DNA of 64,000 nucleotides, taken from contig JAWMAR010000206.1 in NCBI GenBank assembly GCA_036785375.1, positions 3,720,001 to 3,784,000 on the forward strand, read 5' to 3'. The notes under the pieces are model-generated. The model ran no database searches and was not told where the DNA came from. It was given only the letters and a program-made list of their open reading frames with translations. Each line of letters starts with the position of its first letter. Position 1 is the first letter of the stretch. This document shows, piece after piece, positions 61,735-64,000 of the stretch. A program made the translations under genes and the position numbers. The DNA comes from Leucoraja ocellata. Its lineage: Eukaryota.

Positions 61735-63395
61735 CTTGGCTTGGGTGTGTCTTGAAATTGAAAGGCACTACTTACTGCAAATGGTGGCATGAAGTTGAAA
61801 GGCACTACTTATTGCAAATGATGGCTTGGTTGATTTGGCTTGAAGTTGAAAGGCACTACTTCCTGCAAATGATGGCTTGGGTGTGGCTTGAAGTTGAAAG
61901 GCACTACTTACTGCAAATGGGGGGCGTGGGTGCATTGGCCTGAAGTTGAAAGGCACTACTTACTGCAAATGGTGGCATGGCTCCGGAAGTGGCGGCGCAG
62001 CCCTGGCAGTGGGGGGGGGGGGAGGAAGGGAGAGGGGGGTTGAATCAGGGCTTGCAGTCTCTCCCTTCGGGGGAATGCAACTTTTTTGTCGTATCCCCGT
62101 TCTCTGCCTCCGTCTGCGCTGAGGCCTAATGGTGGAGCTGGCAACCTCGAGACTCCGGAGGCAGAGCCAGTCAGGACTTGTCTAGGGCTCATTCCCGTGA
62201 GGGGCGTCCGGCTCGGGGCTGGAACGGTGCTCCCGTGAGGGGCTGTGATGCTCCCGTGAGGGTGGCCTGGCGCGGGGCTGAGACTCTCCCGTGAGGGGCT
62301 GTGGCGCTCCTGTCGGAGCGGCCCAGCCTGAGGGTGGAATGGCACTCCCGTCGGAACGGCCCAGCTCGAGGGTGGAATGGCGCTCCCGTCGGAACGGCCC
62401 AGTTCGAGGGAGGTACGGCGCTCTGGTTGGAGCGGCTCAGCTCGCGGGAGGTACGGCACTCACGTGAGGGCGATCCAGCAAGGGGCTGGAACGGTGCTCC
62501 AGTGGCTGGGACGGCGTTCTGGCGGCGGTGACCTGAGTCCGGGGTTCAGCCGCGGGCCAGCGGCTGCGTCCGCTGGACTGGAGGGCAGCAGCTTCGACCA
62601 CCCCGGGCCGCGGTGTTTGAGCCGGCCCGTTTGCGGGGTTAGGTGAGCCGCGGGACTGGTTGTACCATCGCCCGGTGGGGTATCGCCTCAGCGCAGAGGG
62701 AGAAGAGGAGGGAAGAGACTGCAGCCCTAAGATTTTTGCCTCCACCACAGTGAGGAGGTGTTTGGAGGACTCACTGTGGTGGATGTTAATTTGTGTTTGT
62801 TGTTGTTTATTATTGTATTATTGTATGTATGACTGCAGGCACGAAATTTCGTTCAGACCGTAAGGTCTGAATGACAATAAAGGTAATTCTATTCTATGAA
62901 GTTGAAAGACACTACTTACTGCAAATGGTGGCTTGGGTGTTTTGGCTTGAAGTTGAAAGCACTACTTCCTGCAAATGATGGCTTGGGTGTGGCTTGGGTG
63001 TGGCTTGAAGTTGAAAGCCACTACTCACTGCAAATGGTGGCTTGGATGCAATGGCTTGAAGTTGAAAGGCAGTACTTACTGCAAATGGTGGCAGAAAGTT
63101 GAAAGGCACTACTTACTGCAAATTATGGGTTGGGTGTGGCTTGAAGTTGAAAGACACCACTTACTGCAAATGGTGGCATGAAGTTGAAAGGTACTACTTA
63201 CTGCAGATGGTGGCTTGGGTGCAATGGCTTGAAGTTAAAATGCATTACTTACTGCGAATGGTGGCTTGGTTGCTTTGACTTGAAGTTGAAAGGCATTACT
63301 TACTGCAAATTGTGGCTTGAAGTTGAAAGGCATTACTTACTGCAAGTGGTGGCTTGGGAGCTTTGGCTTGAAGTTGAAAGGCATTACTTACTGCA
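61735..63395 (+). repeat. Minisatellite with core TGAAGTTGAAAGGCACTACTTACTGCAAATG, interrupted at 61980-62895
   Basis: About 16 units of roughly 35-60 bp. Confidence 0.93.
61980..62895 (+). mobile_element. CpG-rich non-autonomous retroelement inserted in the Helitron satellite
   Basis: Starts GCTCCGGAAGTGGCGGCGC; ends TTTCGTTCAGACCGTAAGGTCTGAATGACAATAAA (ATTCT)n; ATG repeated at both junctions (61977-61979, 62896-62898). Confidence 0.78.
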
Positions 63396-64000
63396 CTTGA
63401 ATTTGGTGGCCTTGCACCCTGCTAGAAGTGGTAAGAAACTGCACTTGAATTTGGTGGTCTTATCCATAACACCCATACTAGCGCTCCAGAAAGCCCCCCC
63501 CCCCCCCCCCACAACTGGCCACCAATATTAGAATTGGTGGAGAGGTGGAGTATTGTGTTGGATGACCAGCCCTCCTGTGTGATGCTGGGACCCAAAGGGT
63601 CCCACTTAGTCTAGTATAGAATAAAAATGATGATAATTTGAACAAATCATACCTGACATTTCTACCCTTTGTATTGATTAATTATGCAAAAATAAATACT
63701 TCATCATACATATGTTCTTGAATGTAAGGAATATCATCATTCACCTGCTTGGATCAAATAATGAACATGCAGAGGGCTGGAATTGATTGTAACAAAAGGG
63801 AAAGTAAGTGATACGAAAGAGTCTTTGCCTTCATTTACAGAAATCATAAGAAACACAAATGCTTGCTGCCCTAACTTGACTAAGTGGATATTCATCAGAA
63901 CTAAGCCAAGCCAGTTTAGATACAATGCATGCTAAACCCATGGGTATATATGATTAATATGTCACAGATAAATACACAGGTGATCCAAAAGGCTAATGGA

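Larger units (their letters stand above)
60992..63614 (+). mobile_element. Full-length non-autonomous Helitron
   Basis: A|TC 5' end, CTAG|T 3' end, perfect 8-bp hairpin TGGGACCC-AAA-GGGTCCCA (63586-63604) 10 nt from the end, no TSD. Confidence 0.93.

Noticed and set aside
61340-63395. CRISPR-like repeat/spacer array
   Set aside because: The linkers are related to each other and variable in length, there are no cas genes, and the array sits inside a eukaryotic Helitron; it is a minisatellite.

Overview
Vertebrate, repeat-rich, AT-rich non-coding DNA (intergenic or deep intron) with two assembly gaps. The repeat set points to a cartilaginous fish, probably a skate or ray (inference): tRNA-derived V-SINE/HE1-like SINEs, CR1/HER1-like LINE 3' ends, Rex1/Babar LINE fragments, and Penelope-like element (PLE) 3' ends with hammerhead-like cores. 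I recognise no intact host protein-coding gene; the ORF-track entries are LINE remnants or chance ORFs. Structures visible directly in the sequence: (1) a 1.5-kb TIR element with a TATT target duplication that carries a decayed peptide resembling a Spin/Ssty (Spindlin) Tudor-like histone-reader domain; (2) four PIF/Harbinger-type MITEs with TAA/TTA target duplications; (3) three non-autonomous Helitrons, one growing two internal minisatellites; (4) many PLE termini, often fold-back, one at the junction of a ~280-bp local duplication; (5) unrelated GC-rich short retroelements sharing one 3' stem-loop architecture. Family names come from recalled consensus features, not database searches. Boundaries of old repeats are approximate.
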